Part shown: one piece after another, positions 14,110-28,800 of the stretch
Layout of the letters: each line of letters starts with the position of its first letter
Numbering within the stretch: the stretch's first letter is position 1
Origin: Trichoplax sp. H2
Taxonomy: Eukaryota
DNA length: 64,000 nucleotides
Assembly (NCBI GenBank): GCA_003344405.1
Contig: NOWV01000025.1
Location: 620,001-684,000, forward strand
Reading direction: 5' to 3'
Notes under the pieces: model-generated
Database searches by the model: none
What the model was told of the DNA's origin: nothing
The model's input: the letters and a program-made list of their open reading frames with translations, nothing else
Position numbers and translations under genes: made by a program

Positions 14110-16750
14110 TAGTAGTTATACTCGATAGATCAGTTTCCCTGAGTCCTTTAATAACTATATCGTAGCCATATTCGACATGTACGAAATATCACTATTATAG
14201 GGACTACTACTTTGAGTTATTACGTATTCAATTGTAGTATTCGCAGAAGATGGCAGTTATACTCCATCATATGTAATTTAGTAGTCTATGACTAAAGTAC
14301 GCGTAGATAGTCACTATCGTTGGCATCGGATAATGATAGTTTATAGAAAGTCCTTGATTGTTGCTTTATATATATATATATATATATGTCATATATACAC
14401 TATAGTACTGAAGGCCGTACACTCGATACAGTTTACTAGTCGTTAACTCGAGACGTAGTGGATACCAATAATTATAATTATATGATTTGTATATTATCGA
14501 ATACAACAAGCACAAGATAGTGGCGATTGCATGCCATGTTCAATGTATACGAAATATCGGTTGGATAAAACCATCTATGGAGCTGTACTATGAAGCCGAC
14601 CTTTTCATAGTATATTGCTCGAAATATCATTTAATTCCCCCTTATGCTATGACGTATTCTACTATAGTATTTGCAGAACATGACAATAATACTCTATCAT
14701 ATAAATTAGCAGCCCATGGCTACAGTACATCGAGACGCAGTGGATACCAATAATTATATGATTCGTATACTATCAAATGCAACAGGCACGAGACTGTGGC
14801 GATTGTATACCATATTCGATAGATTACGGGCAATATACTGTATATACAATGTCCATAAAAACTGATCTATTTATAGCATATAACTCGAAATATCATTCAA
14901 TTTCCCTATATACTATTACGTATTCTAGCGTAGTATTTGCAGAACATGGTAGTAATACTCTATCATGTAATTTAGTAGTCCATGACTACAGTATATGGTC
15001 ACTATGGTTAGTATCGGGTAAGGCTAATTTGTAGAAAGTCCTTTAAGTATATATCACAGTAACAAAGGCCGCACACTTGATACAGCTTACTACTCGACAA
15101 CTCGAGACGTAGTGGATACCAATAATTACAACTATAGTTATATGATTTGTATATTATCGAATATAGCAAGCACAAAACTGTGGTGATTGTCTACCTCTTC
15201 GATATACTACATACGAAATATCGGTTGGATAAAACGACATTTCGAGTTGTACTATGAAATCGATCTATATATAGTGTAGTGTATAGCTCGAAGTTTCATT
15301 CAATCTCTCTTTATACTATTAGATATTCTACTGCAGTATTTGCACAATTTGGCAGTAATACTCTATCATATAATTTAGTAGTCTATGACTACAGTATATA
15401 GTCACTACGGTTGGTATTGGATAAGGCTAGTTTATAGAAAGTCCTTGATTGCTGTTTTGCATACATTATAGAACTGAAGACCGCTCACTTGATACAGCTT
15501 ACTACTCGACAACTCGAGACGTAGTGGATACCAATAATTACAACTATAGTTATATGATTTGTATATTATCGAATATAGCAAGCACAAAACTGTGGTGATT
15601 GTCTACCTCTTCGATATACTGCATACGAAATATCGGTTGGATAAAACGATATTTCGAGCTGTACTATGAAATCGATCTATATATAGTGTAGTGTATAGCT
15701 CGAAGTTTCATTCAATCTCTCTTTATACTATGAGATATTCTACTGCAGTATTTGCACAATATGGCAGTAGTACTTTATTATGTAATTTAGTAGTCCATGA
15801 CTACAGTATATGGTCACTATGGTTGGCATTGGATAAGGCTAGTTTGTAGAAAGTCCTTGATTGCTGTTCTGTATACATTATAGAACTGAAGGCCACACAC
15901 TTGATGCAGCTTACTACTCGACAACTCGAGACGTAGTGGATACCAATAATTACAACTATAGTTATATGATTTGTATATTATCGAATATAGCAAGTACAAG
16001 GCTGTGGCGATTGCCTACCTCTTCGATATACTATAAAACGATATTTCGAGCTGTACTATGAAACATCTATTGACAGTATAGCATATAGCTCGAAGTTTCA
16101 TTCAATCTCTCTTTATACTATGAGATATTCTACTGTAGTATTTGCACAATATGGCAGTAATACTCTATCATGTAATTTAGTAGTCCATGACTACAGTATA
16201 TGGTCACTATGGTTGGTATCGGATAAGGCTAGTTTGTAGAAAGTCCTTTAAGTACATATTACAGTAATAAAGGCCGCACACTTGACACAGCTTACTACTC
16301 GACAACTCGAGACGTAGTGGATACCAATAATTACAACTATAGTTATATGATTTGTATATTATCGAATATAGCAAGCACAAAACTGTGGCGATTGCCTACC
16401 TTTTCGATATACTACATATGAAATAACGGTTGGACAAAACGATATTTCGAGCTGTACTAATGAAACCGATCTATTTATAGTGTCGTATATAGCGCGAAGT
16501 TTCATTCAATCTCTCTTTATACTGTTAGATATTCTACTGTAGTATTTGCACAATATGGCCGTAATTTAGTAGTCCATGACAATAATATATTAGTCACTAT
16601 GGTTGGCATTGGATAAGGTTAGTTTTGTAGAAAATCCATCCTTACTGCTTTGCTGATCTATTTGCATATAACGTCTCGAGTATCGAAAAGGGTAAGCGAC
16701 TCATTATAGCACTGAAAAGCGCAGACTCGATATAGTCTACTATTCGACCA
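14110..16750. repeat. Intergenic tandem array, ~370-412-bp units, about 6-7 copies
   Basis: Anchor CTCGAGACGTAGTGGATACCAATAATTA at ~14447, ~14730 (variant), 15101, 15513, 15925 and 16306. Edge copies are degenerate. Confidence 0.95.
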
Positions 16751-17108
16751 CATTGGATGGACAGATTGGACAGCAATACTACGCCCATGGCGATACATTA
16801 ACCTTGTATACTTTGGATTACCATAAGCATAAGACTAAGGCCTTCTATCATCATTCTGCCGGTTCGACTCAACAAACTGCCCTTGCATTTATGCCCAAAA
16901 TCTTGCTGTCCGTAGAGAGGATGCCCATGAAGGAGTAATAGGATCCAATCGAGCCTAGCTACCGTGGAAAAACAACAGGAAAAACAAGTGTCAAATTCAA
17001 CACCTTGAAAACGCAAGTCAGCTATCCAGGATAGATAGTGTTGCTCGATTGAAAATTACTGCGCATTCTTGCTGCTGATGATTGAGGTCTGCAAACTAGT
17101 CTGCAAGT

Positions 17109-20100
17109 ATGGCCGAGTTAGCATTGTATGGAAAGCAATTGGATATGATTCGTGATCAGTTGAGACTTTGGATTGATCAATGGCATTATCATCAATTTGA
17201 TGATGAAAAAATGATCCGTACCATCAAGACAACTACCGAAGATATCGCAACACAGATACAACGTTTACAAAGTAAAGTGCAGTTGTATTTGCAACAGGAG
17301 AATACGAGTACATCATCGCAGGAAAACGGGTAATATAAACAAAGAAGAGGCTTAACGAGCTAGCTACTGCATCATCATCCATCATATCCACTACTCGTTA
17401 TTGGCAAAGTAGACAATAGTCATTGTATACAGTACCCCAATAGCTAGATTGATAGAGATCGTTGAATTCAACTCTTATGCAATTTAAGATTTATTCTGTA
17501 CAGAATCAGTAAGATAGAAACCAGTGGTAAAGTTTTGTGGCGAACTACTACTACAGCGCACATTATTTCAGAGTTTAGAAGTCACTTCAAGATCACTTAC
17601 TGTATGCTTCCATAGGATTAGATACTATCTTAGTTTGGTCTTATTTCCAGTGTACATAATTTTGTCTTAAAAACTTCGTATTCAACAACGATACATCCCA
17701 AAGTTTTCCTCTAGTCGATAAAATAGCATGCAATCATGAACTATCAATAAGGCTTTGATTCATTAAATGATTAATTGAATGTGTTTATGATTCCTATTCC
17801 GTATGGACAACTGGTGCCACTTTTGTATGATGGCCTTGTCATCTACGGCCAGATTACAAGACAGTCAAGTTGATCAAGATTTAATGCTAGAGGTAATGTC
17901 TATCTTATTCATTATAGGCATAGTTGACTTTTTACTCTTCACTGCAGAACAAATCATAGAATTTATCGCGATATCTGTCTGACCTGACTGAAATTGAAAT
18001 TTTCAATGATAGTTACAGTAGAATGACTGTTATAGTATCCAATATAAAATATAACTTTGTCTTAATATTAGGCAATGCTAATAATGTGTACAGTCAATAA
18101 TATGTCATCGTATCTTACCTTTTTGAGAGTGAAAGTTTTATTTGCAAGAAACAAGTATTTTGACATCAAATGAATACCGAGCAACTTTGTCTTAGTGCTA
18201 TTATTGTGCATTACCACTGATATAGTCCAATTGCATGATATATTGTGATATCTCACCTCTAATATATTGGAGGTAGAATTTCTTAGTATTGCATAAAAAT
18301 GAATTGATGCTATTTGGGTTTATCTCTATCAATATCATATAATAATATTGATGCAACAAAACTGGTAGTGTATGCTAGCAGAATATTTATGCTATGGGGA
18401 GCCGTACTAGTAATATTTTTTGGCTCTTTAGCCCTAACAGGTCGACATAGGAATCGATTAATAGTAAAATAGATTACAATATTATATAATAAGTATTGCT
18501 TGTAGTGATATAATTAGTAAGTCATGTCAGCGGTAATCTGACATTTCATTATGGATGTGTGTTGATATCTATCGGTATTCCTTGGGATGATTTTACTTAA
18601 TTACCGTATCGGTACTATAAACATTTCGAAACTTATTAATTTTATTCTTGTTATAGGAAATCGATTGGGAAAAGGAAGAAGAATCAGGTCAGTAAAGTAG
18701 AGAATACGGCATGAGATAAAGTTTGCGGTAGCTGACCTTTAGCATCACCAGAAGTTAAAATGATGAGAATATGCTCGCTTTTCAGATGATATACAATCTA
18801 GTTTTGAAAAATCAGCAGTTGAAGGTGTTAAAGTAAGACTGTGCTATAAATCACTGGACTGTATACCTTTCATATGTAATAGTATGTTCTAAAGTATATG
18901 CTACTTCATTATCTTTCAATGAATGTCATTTGGGGACTATTTAGGGTTCAGGTATTAAAATATCCTAAAATATTTGTATTATACGTAATTTTTGCACTAT
19001 GTATGATTTGCATTGTGGTCTTGTAGCATTCTCTACCCTAAGCGTACTACAATAATGGTACTCATTGACATCGCTATTTTTCAGATAATATCCAGGATTG
19101 TCTAGATGCTTCGTTAGTTGAAGATATTAAAGTATAGATATGTGATTTACATTGGATAATACTTCATATTTAGATACTATCTAGAACACGATTAATTTTT
19201 ACTCAATGAAGTTCTCTATCTCTTATTGTAGGAAATTGATTGGAGTAAAGAAGCATCGATTGGAACTATTTTAAACAATGCTACCGAATCTGGTAACTAC
19301 GTGTACTGTACTGTATTATAACGGGAGCAGCCATGATTATTTTGAATATTCACGTTTACAAAGTCATTGAGCTGCTTACGATACAATTTCTATATATATT
19401 AGAAGATTTTGAAATCGGTGAACAGCCATCAAATGCGCATTTGAAAATATTAAAAGATTCCTTTGGTCATGCCCAGTTTAGGCCGTAAGCATTAGCAATC
19501 CCGTCTTGTATATATTGACGAATTCGTGATACTATAATGACATTGCATTAGAAATATTTATTCACAAATAGAATGGAAGTACAGATGTTGTAATTGCTAC
19601 AATTTGTTAGAAATTGCCTGATTCTATGATCATAATTCTGAATGTTACATTATTGAATGGACAATGCAGACTCCAATGGAAGATTATAAATTCCATCGTA
19701 ACACACAACAGGGATAACTGTGTTGTAATGGCGACAGGTAGAGTATTCCAGCATACGACTAGACAATAACTTTATTTCATGTTTATCTTTATAATAATGC
19801 TGCATTGTTATAGAAAATGAAATAGTAGCATATCGAAATATCACCTAAGTGATAGTAACCTAAATTACAAGAAGCCTGCTATTCTAAATTTTGCTTTCCT
19901 ACGATAGGAAATAATCTAGTATTACTGTCTCGCTCTCTTTATTATATTGTCTAGTAATGAGCAAAAGCTTACATACTACAATTGTAAGCATGGTAATTGC
20001 ATTTTATAGCTTTATTTTGCGTTCGTTTTACTTTAATACTGAAAATTACTCATCTCATTAATTTCTTCTTTTCACTACTTATTTTTACTTAGGATATGGA

Positions 20101-23100
20101 AAGAGCTTATGCTATCAATATCCTGCGGTCTACTTAAAAAAAATTGTCATCGTAATATCTCCATTAATTTCTCTAATGCAAGATCAAGTTATGGCACTAA
20201 CGTAAGTTGCATTACGTTAGGTCTATACCAGTAGAGGCCTTGATCCATTTTAATCACAACATCTGATGCAATGGTCTAAACTACGTTCTAGTGTAAATAA
20301 TATTCCTGCATGCTATTTGGGATCAGCTCAACGTAATGGTGCAGAAGTGACACGAAATTTAAAAAGGTGCGATCTAAACGCACTCTTCCTAAAACATGAA
20401 GCACTTGGAGTAGTATAACTTACTAAAATCATTTTCAGTAGAGTGATTTTCAAGTTTCAATTTTCTTTGACGACTTTTATCAATGATCGACGCTATATAT
20501 TGATGTAATTCCACAGGGGTAGATATTATCTGCTATATGTTGCTCCGGAATTTGCTGTTACATCTGGTTCATTATTCAAAGAGCTAAATGATACTATTGG
20601 TAACTAATTAACAATTATAGTACAAGAACCCTTAATAATGATGCGTTTGAATATACACTTCCGTTAGCAGTGCTAAAAATTATGTCCGTTCTGACGGTTT
20701 TTACTAAATTTTTAATTCGTTAGGAATTTCTTTAGTAGCTATCGATGAAGCCCATTGTGTATCACAATGGGGTCATGATTTTCGCTCCTCTTATCGGCAA
20801 CTAGACTTTATAAGAAATCTTTTACCACATGTAAGACTGATGTAACTTTAGGATGTTGCCAATATTTTTTAATTCTCTAAAGTTTAGTTTCATCGTAACT
20901 AAAAGAGGCTATTAATCGCTCACTCAGGTACCTATTATGGCTTTAACGGCCACTGCTACTCCTCTAGTTCGCGCTGATATTTGTACAGCTCTAAAACTGT
21001 CCGATCCATTAATATCTAGCACAAGCTTTGATCGGTACGGTATACCTGTATACAGGTTCTACTGTTAATTGTCTTTGGCATTAGCTTACATTATCGGTGG
21101 ACAATAATTTACGCAGAAAAACTACCATTTTTTTAGGCCTAATCTGTACTTTGAAGTTCGAATAAAATCGGATTTAATGAAGGATTTGAAGCCTTACATG
21201 AGGAAACGAGAAGAGAAAAAGTTAGAAATATCTTATTATTATTGGTTATGAAAGTATTATTGCCGCAGTACTAATCAAATATAACATATGGTTTTCATTT
21301 CTCGTATTTATTATAGACTCTTTTACGAATTTGAAGGTTCAACTATCATTTATTGTATATCGCGAAAGGATTCAGAGATGGTAGCGAGCAAATTACAAGG
21401 TTCAAATATTTTAAAACAACGATCACTTATTAACGTACGGATGACCGATTTAGTAAGTTAGTTGTGTAATAATGCAATTAATTATTATTAACTAGCCTTT
21501 GGCATAAAGTGCGGTTATTATCATGCTGGTATGGGACTGCAAGATCGTCAACGGATTCATCATGAATTTATTAGAGACGAATTACAGGTGATTATCAACG
21601 TTCTCATAGAGTTTAGTAATACGACTGGAACTAATTTGCTTTTAATATCAATAAAATTATAGTGTGTGGTTGCTACAATTGCGTTTGGTATGGGTATTGA
21701 CAAGCCGGATGTCAGAAGGATAATTCACTACGGAGGTCTGATATAGTGAAATCAGTAAAGTCGATAGTACAGTTTCAGGCGATGTTAATTTTTCTGCGAT
21801 ATCTAGTATAGTTAGATCTGCGGTTTGTACTCTAGTATATGATATTCTGTTATTTAACGATTAAGCGCCTCGAGATATTGAATCCTACTACCAAGAAGTC
21901 GGTCGTGCAGGTCGTGACGGGTATGAGTTATTTCTTTCTTCTAAATCTGGGTGTAGTTACTGTTATCATAACAGCAATTATTGATTCACTTTTGAAATAT
22001 GAACTTATTCTTTAAGATTGCCAGGTGTATGCGTGGTTTTCTTTGCAGAAGCTGACTTCCGTTTGCATAAGTAAGATATACACGATATACTAGTTTTGGT
22101 TGCTATAAGTACTTTACTAGTAAATGTTATAAATCGATGTAATTATATGCAGACATTTCATTGGAGAGATAGCCGATGAAGACTTTAGGAAACACAAATT
22201 GGAAATGATGAATAAATTGTTAACTTACCTAATAACTAAAGATTGTCGTAGGAGGTAGAGCCTGCTATTTTTCTGCATTATAAACACAGATTGATTTTCT
22301 AATATAGCTGTACACACATTAACACCTATTTACCTTATTAGAGAAATTATTTCTCATTTTGAATCGAAGAACATTGATGATTTTCCTAAACATGCCGATT
22401 GCTGTGATAACTGCCGCAGGAGGTGAAAAAATTTAGTTAACTAATATTATATATTAAGCAGTGCATCTAAGTGGTGTTGGCTTGTATTTAGTTTAAGTGG
22501 TGCAGTGTCTGAAAATGATGAGAAGAATAATGTACAAGGTCCAAACTTTGGTCGAGAAGCAAGAGATTTACTTCAGACTGTATTGGTATACCTACTGATG
22601 ACGATTATAAAATTTATAACTGATTTAGTTTGAAAAATGAACTAATTACCATCTTAAGTTGCTAAAGGTACTGTTATCATTTTAGGCTTGTGGTGATGGA
22701 AAATATGGTCTTACCATACCAATAAAACTTCTATGTGGCTTGGTAAGTTTAATACCACCTTTGTCCTTGTATTCATAATCAAGGTTAATTAATTAATCAT
22801 TATTTTATTATTTCTATCCCATTCTATTCTGGATTACTCAGCAAGTAAAAAATATATCAGCCTTTGAGAGGATGGCTATGTACTGTAAAGGAAAGTAAGT
22901 TTAATATTACTTCGCAATCGTATAATTATTATTGACGTCGACGTCGTAGCTAGTAAGTTGATTAAATTAACATTTGAAATAGTTTTCATCATTCTTGGGC
23001 TAATGAGTGTCATATTAACACACTTGATAGGTATCGTCCTCGAAAATGGTGGAAGACGCTAGGTTAGAATCGAAGTATTACAAATTAGGTAGTAATACCT

Positions 23101-25636
23101 ATAGCGCATTTGTATTCTTAATAACTATTTCGCAATATCATTAACATAGGTAAATTATTAACTATGGAAGGATTCTTGCAAGAATATCCACTGACCGGGA
23201 TGTATGGATGCGTAATCGGTTTATCTGGTACGTATGACAAACATCCGCTTCCCAAAGTATTTTTATACACGTTATTCTTACTTTTTATGCAATATTGCTG
23301 ACGCAATGTCTGAATAGATCTCGGCCATGCTTGGCTTAAGAACACAGCAAACGAGACTATCCCAACCCTGCACTTAAAAAATCACGCGGTATGAAACAGC
23401 TTATCATTGATTCTGCAATTTAACTTCAATTCATATGCGAATAAGTTACCGAAATGTGTACTCTTTGCAGCTATTTAATCTTTCTCAAAGGACTCCGACG
23501 ACTAATAGGTCAGCGTATGAAATTGTTCAGTTTTGAAAATGTTTCGAAATGTTTCATGTAGAGTTTAGCAAAGACCAATAATCTGTTAAGGTACCTATCA
23601 TTAAAACTTATTAATTCTGAAATTATCGATTATATTTTAGCGGTCAGACTTCGGGAGTATACGAAGTAGTGCCAGTTGTATGGCAGAATGCGACTGAAGT
23701 TGCAATTAATATAGCTAAAAAGGCTATGCTGTCCGCACAAAGCCCTAGTGAAAATGTAGTAGAAGATCCTGCAGAAGTCGAATTTCAGGTACAAATATTA
23801 ATTACATGCACAGTAACGCTTATAGCTTTTTCAGAATTTCGAAATTGTAAATTTCATATGTACTATGCACGTTTACTCGTACTCTCGCCATTATAGCGGT
23901 CGTTGTATACTGAGTTGATGTCACTTAGAAACAAAGTTGCAAATGAAATAGGATGCGCGCCTTACATGGTTGCTAATAACAAGAATCTTTTGGAAATTGC
24001 GACTATTAGGTAGAGCTACATCTTGGTAATATAGTAGATTATGTACATGAACTAATCAAATTAGCTATAACCTAAATCAAAATTATAACCGATATTTGCA
24101 GACCCAATAGCGAAGATAATTTGCTAAAGATCGAGGGAATCTCAAACACCCGATGCGCAAAATTTGGTGCTGTATTTGTTAAAAAAGTTATTGAGTTATG
24201 CACAAAGAACAATTTTCAAACTAATAAGTTTCCTGATACATCTGTATCCAGCTCTGCACTTAATAATGAGGTACGCTATATAATTAAATTTACTATTATT
24301 GAAGAAAGTGAACATTACGAAATAAAGTTGTTTAATTACAATTTGCAGCGTAAAGTTAAGTAAAAATACTGATTGCTACATGATACCTTTAAATATACTT
24401 GTTTAGTTTGCTGAACTATATAATAGACTACAACCCGTTCGCGAACTGTCTGAAACAGAATTTATGACTTACAATTATTTTCACGAAAGAAATATGTCTC
24501 TGGTATGTTTTATGTTAGCCATACTAGCTGAGTAAAAATCTAATATCTGTACATCTGTACCTAACATGACCTTAACATTGTCATGATAGAGTGAAATTTG
24601 TGAAAAACGTGGTCTCCAAGAGTCTACTATCGCTGGACATCTCGCTAAAGCTCTCCTGGCAGGATACCCTGTCGATTTAAACCGAGGTGAAATTTATTGT
24701 ACTTTTGATATCTGCTATATACTGACGTTTAAGCATCAAATTTACTATCAATTCAACTAACATAGACATGCTATATTTTAAAATCGGTGTTTCTATAGCT
24801 GGTTATGTTAAGGCTTTGTACCAATTAATCGAAAATACAATATCGAAATTGCCAGATGGATTTGGTGGGTTTCATTACCTTCAGATTGTAGTGGATTATC
24901 ATATTAATTGTTATAATTTAGAATGGGAAAGAAGTTCCCAGTAGGTTTTGATTATTCTGCCGCAAAGAATTGTAGCTATGTCTTTGTTGATAGAAACGCT
25001 ATTAAATTAGACAGTAATTCGATACTTCCTTGGAATGTAGATTTTCAAAGGTTGAAAGACGTGAAGGAATTGTTACCTGAAACGATAACCTGGAGTCAAT
25101 TACTTATACACGCAGCTGTAGCACAAGTCTTGCATAATAGATTGCCAGCGGTTAAATCTCCGAAGGCAGATACAGTGTCAAGATTAGATCAGGTAATGCT
25201 AAGGATCGTCTTTCTTATCCATGAAGTTTAAACTGTATTCTGAGTCGTAAGTACTTGTAAAGTTACCCAGTTCCTAGATATGTACTACTTTAAATGAACG
25301 ATTGATGAACGATCATCGGAAGATTTTTTTGCCTCAATTTGATTTTAATGTTAAATTGTCATATTTTTATCATTGAATTTTTAGAATGAATGTTAAGTAC
25401 TAGATAGCAGGATTGATAAGATTAGTGTATAAGTTTGCCAGATTTAATATTTACTTGCTTGTTATAAAATTTAATATCGGTACAAGATTTCACTGAATTC
25501 TTCTACTGTCGCTAAATCAATCAAGTTGGAAAAGAATACAGATACATCTCAAGACAGTAAACGAAAGCTACCAGCATGGATGGATAACAGAGAAGAGTCA
25601 TCGAGTACTTATAAACGAAAAGCAAGCTATTTTTAA
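17109..25636 (+). CDS. WRN: Werner syndrome-type RecQ helicase (helicase, RQC, HRDC, C-terminal HTH); no N-terminal exonuclease seen
   Basis: [18 protein letters not shown]...[16 protein letters not shown]...[82 protein letters not shown]...CCDNC; HRDC (LR...A....[11 protein letters not shown]); C-terminus KRKLPAWM...KRKASYF*. The VMATGYGKSLC signature is WRN-like. The 5' exons are less certain. Confidence 0.93.
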
Positions 25637-25829
25637 TAGAATTGCTGTACTTAAGCAAATAGGAAAAATATCTATAAAATTACCATAAGTTAATTAGTTG
25701 CTCTTTGGCAATAATATAAATCAATAGATAACATTCTTGATTCGGTTGAAGCACCGTACAGGTTGTATATAAATTAGTTGCGCTAAGTTAGCTTTCGTTT
25801 TAATATGGCTATCTTTGAAACTTTGGCTA

Positions 25830-28800
25830 TTAGTTATTACTACTTTTAAAGACACCGTCGTAAATATCATATCGTTTTTGAGCTGTCACAGGTATTTGAC
25901 TCCGAACTTCGTCCAGATAATTTAAATCTATAGACAAATATAATTAAGTTATTGCTTGTTGAAATTGTATGTAAGCAAATTATTTGGTGGAAATTGTTCT
26001 ACCACTTTATTATATATATGTATATATTATGTAGGCATTGTGCCTATACTTTACCAATATCTGCATAAACAATTTGTTCCTTTTCATCGCACGTTGACAT
26101 AACTCTTCCCCTATAAAAGGAGCCAAGCGATCATAGCAATTTAATAACTCGTTTAAACGATTTATACTAGCGTAAATTTGAGGACAATGTTGAGAAATAA
26201 AGATTATTAAAGTTCTAAAAAAATTTAGGTACCATGGATCGACGACAGTGCTATGACCCCAAGTAATATAATCAGCGGTCTTATCACGAGCTGGAGAACA
26301 AGTAGCTACATAGATCTAACAGAAAGTGGGAGTAGTTTTAGCCCTAGAGCATCGAGTAATATTTAACCGCAATGTATTTCATTAATTAATAGCTAGATTA
26401 GAATCGCTATATAAGTACTGCATTTATACTGGCAGTGAACCTGATTATCAAGTGCGCGCGATCGCTGTAGTAATTCCCAGTGTACAGGACCAGTTGTGGT
26501 ATTGAAAGCTCCAGGATAAATGACCAATTGGCATCCTAAATAGTATTGAACATATTCGATGGCTTAACAATATTCACCATGGAAAGTATACGCAGCAAGA
26601 GAAATTTTTTTGCTATCAGATCGTATAAGGACCTCTTTTGCAATATGCTTGAGCGAGCTCTGGAAAGCGAACATCGTAGCAAATACCGAGTCCAACTTTA
26701 CAATAGGCTATTGAGAAAACAATACATTACAGTGAAAACTTAATTCAAATTTAATATATTCCATAAGTCAAAGACATTAGAATTTCAATGTCCTAGACTG
26801 TTTCAACACATTTACGACACCGTTGTTACTGCTTGTATATGTACACAATCGCTGAAGCGCGTGAATTAATTAGGCAACGTAGATAATATAAGCTAAAGTG
26901 TTGGGTAAAGTATTGTTCTCTAATATATTTTAGTATTCAACATTAAAATACTTACGGGTATCAAAAGTAGCAAATTCATTTCCAGGTGATAATACATCCG
27001 ATTCGCGGAAAGTAATTTTTCCAGGTACGTCAATGTCGAAAAGGTGCATCTGTAAATTGTATAGCATAAAATGAATTATGAGTAGTTACTATAGAGTAAT
27101 TGTTTAAGGAGTGATTTTGCACATATGATTAATTCTTTATAGTGCAAGTAAATGCAGGTAACATTGATAAGGCAGGAAATATTCGAAAATTATCGATGGC
27201 GAATTTATTAAATGGAATAGCTGATTAATGCTAACATGTACAGAAAAGTTCTTTAGTATTTGCATCAGTTTTGATAGGCTTCAAAGTAATTGCTACAAGT
27301 TTTTAGCGTTTAGTATAATTATATGCTTCGAATGAGAAAATTATCGACATAGTATGCGAAAATTAATTCACAATTCATCGTAATCCTATTACATAGTTGC
27401 TGTATATGCACACAGTAATCATAAAGATAGCAATTTAGATCATCACCTTTCTATACTTTGCAATCATAGAACCTTCAGGATCAAATACGGTGCAGGTATT
27501 AAATAACTTTCCATCTGCAACTTCGGGAATGGAACCTATGAAAAGAAAATTAAAATATACTTAGAGAAATACGTAATTATTGTACGATATAATAAGATCA
27601 TTTCGTGTGTTAAATTAATCAATCAGTTGTGTGATAAGATTTTCACTGATGATAGTCCATATGAAAGAGAAACATTCATACAGCATATTCTAACGAAGTA
27701 TGATCGATTCACTATGATACAGGCTTATGTTTGCTTGTTGAACTAATAAAATTATTATAATGCATCAGATATTAAGGATAATGAATAATATTGGTAAATA
27801 ACAATAATAATGGGTAAAAAATAATGCAGAACGAATAGATAAGCATTCATTTGGCTACAAAGTATATTGCAGTAGTTTGTTAAGCCAATCAATATCGCCA
27901 GTTCCCATATCGTAAGATGTCTACGAATTATTATTATCATTATAATGCATCAGGTATTAAGGATAATGAATAATGTTGGTAAATAACAATAATAATGGGT
28001 AAAAAAATAATGCAGAACGAATAGATAAGCATTCATTTGGCTACAAAGCATATTGCAGTAGTTTGTTAAGCCAATCAATATCGCCAGCTCCCATATCGTA
28101 AGATGTCTACGAATAGCCAATATAGATGTATATTTAACATGAATGTATTAACAAGGGCAAAACATCTACTTGCACAACGTATTTTGATTGGATCAATCAT
28201 TTCATATATAAATACGGATAAACCAGGACACTTAACTGCTAATTTGTGTCTGATAACTACGTTTTATTGTCTAACAGGATTTTGAGTATATCATTGTAAT
28301 CAATTTACAGTTTTTAAGATCAACAATATCCCAGTATGATCGTCATCAAGAGCACAGAATCATCATAAACTCGCCATGAATGAAGTACGAGATATCTTCC
28401 AACTGATTAACCAGGAGCTATTGCACTTAACTATTTGATAATTCGTAATTGGATTGGGCGTGGAGTGATTTTAAGATTAGATAAGGGCAGTTAATATTGT
28501 ACAGGAAGAAAAAGTTGATGAAAAATACAGAAATAGCTTTAGGCAATGTATTAATGGAATTCCATGACTGATAATGCCTCCAGTACAAATAAATATACAC
28601 TATCATAAGAGTAAAGATGGTCAAACTTTAAAATCTTACGCTAATCCAGACTATCATTTATAACCCGTGGATTCAAACTCAAATCGCCAATATTATATAC
28701 AACCATTTATTGACTTACCTCCAACTAGGTAAACTTTGTTTTCCTTGGCAATATCAGATAAAACTTGAGTTGTTGTACCAGGAACGGTTTCACTGTACGC

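Noticed and set aside
14487..16061. ORFs within the ~410-bp array, and possible RNA-gene identity of the unit
   Set aside because: Frames are not preserved between copies, and no tRNA, 5S or snRNA motifs were recognised.
17949..18012. Apparent WRN exon after ACTGCAG
   Set aside because: Stops in all three phases. The exon at ~17853-17892 ([13 protein letters not shown]) fits the frame instead.
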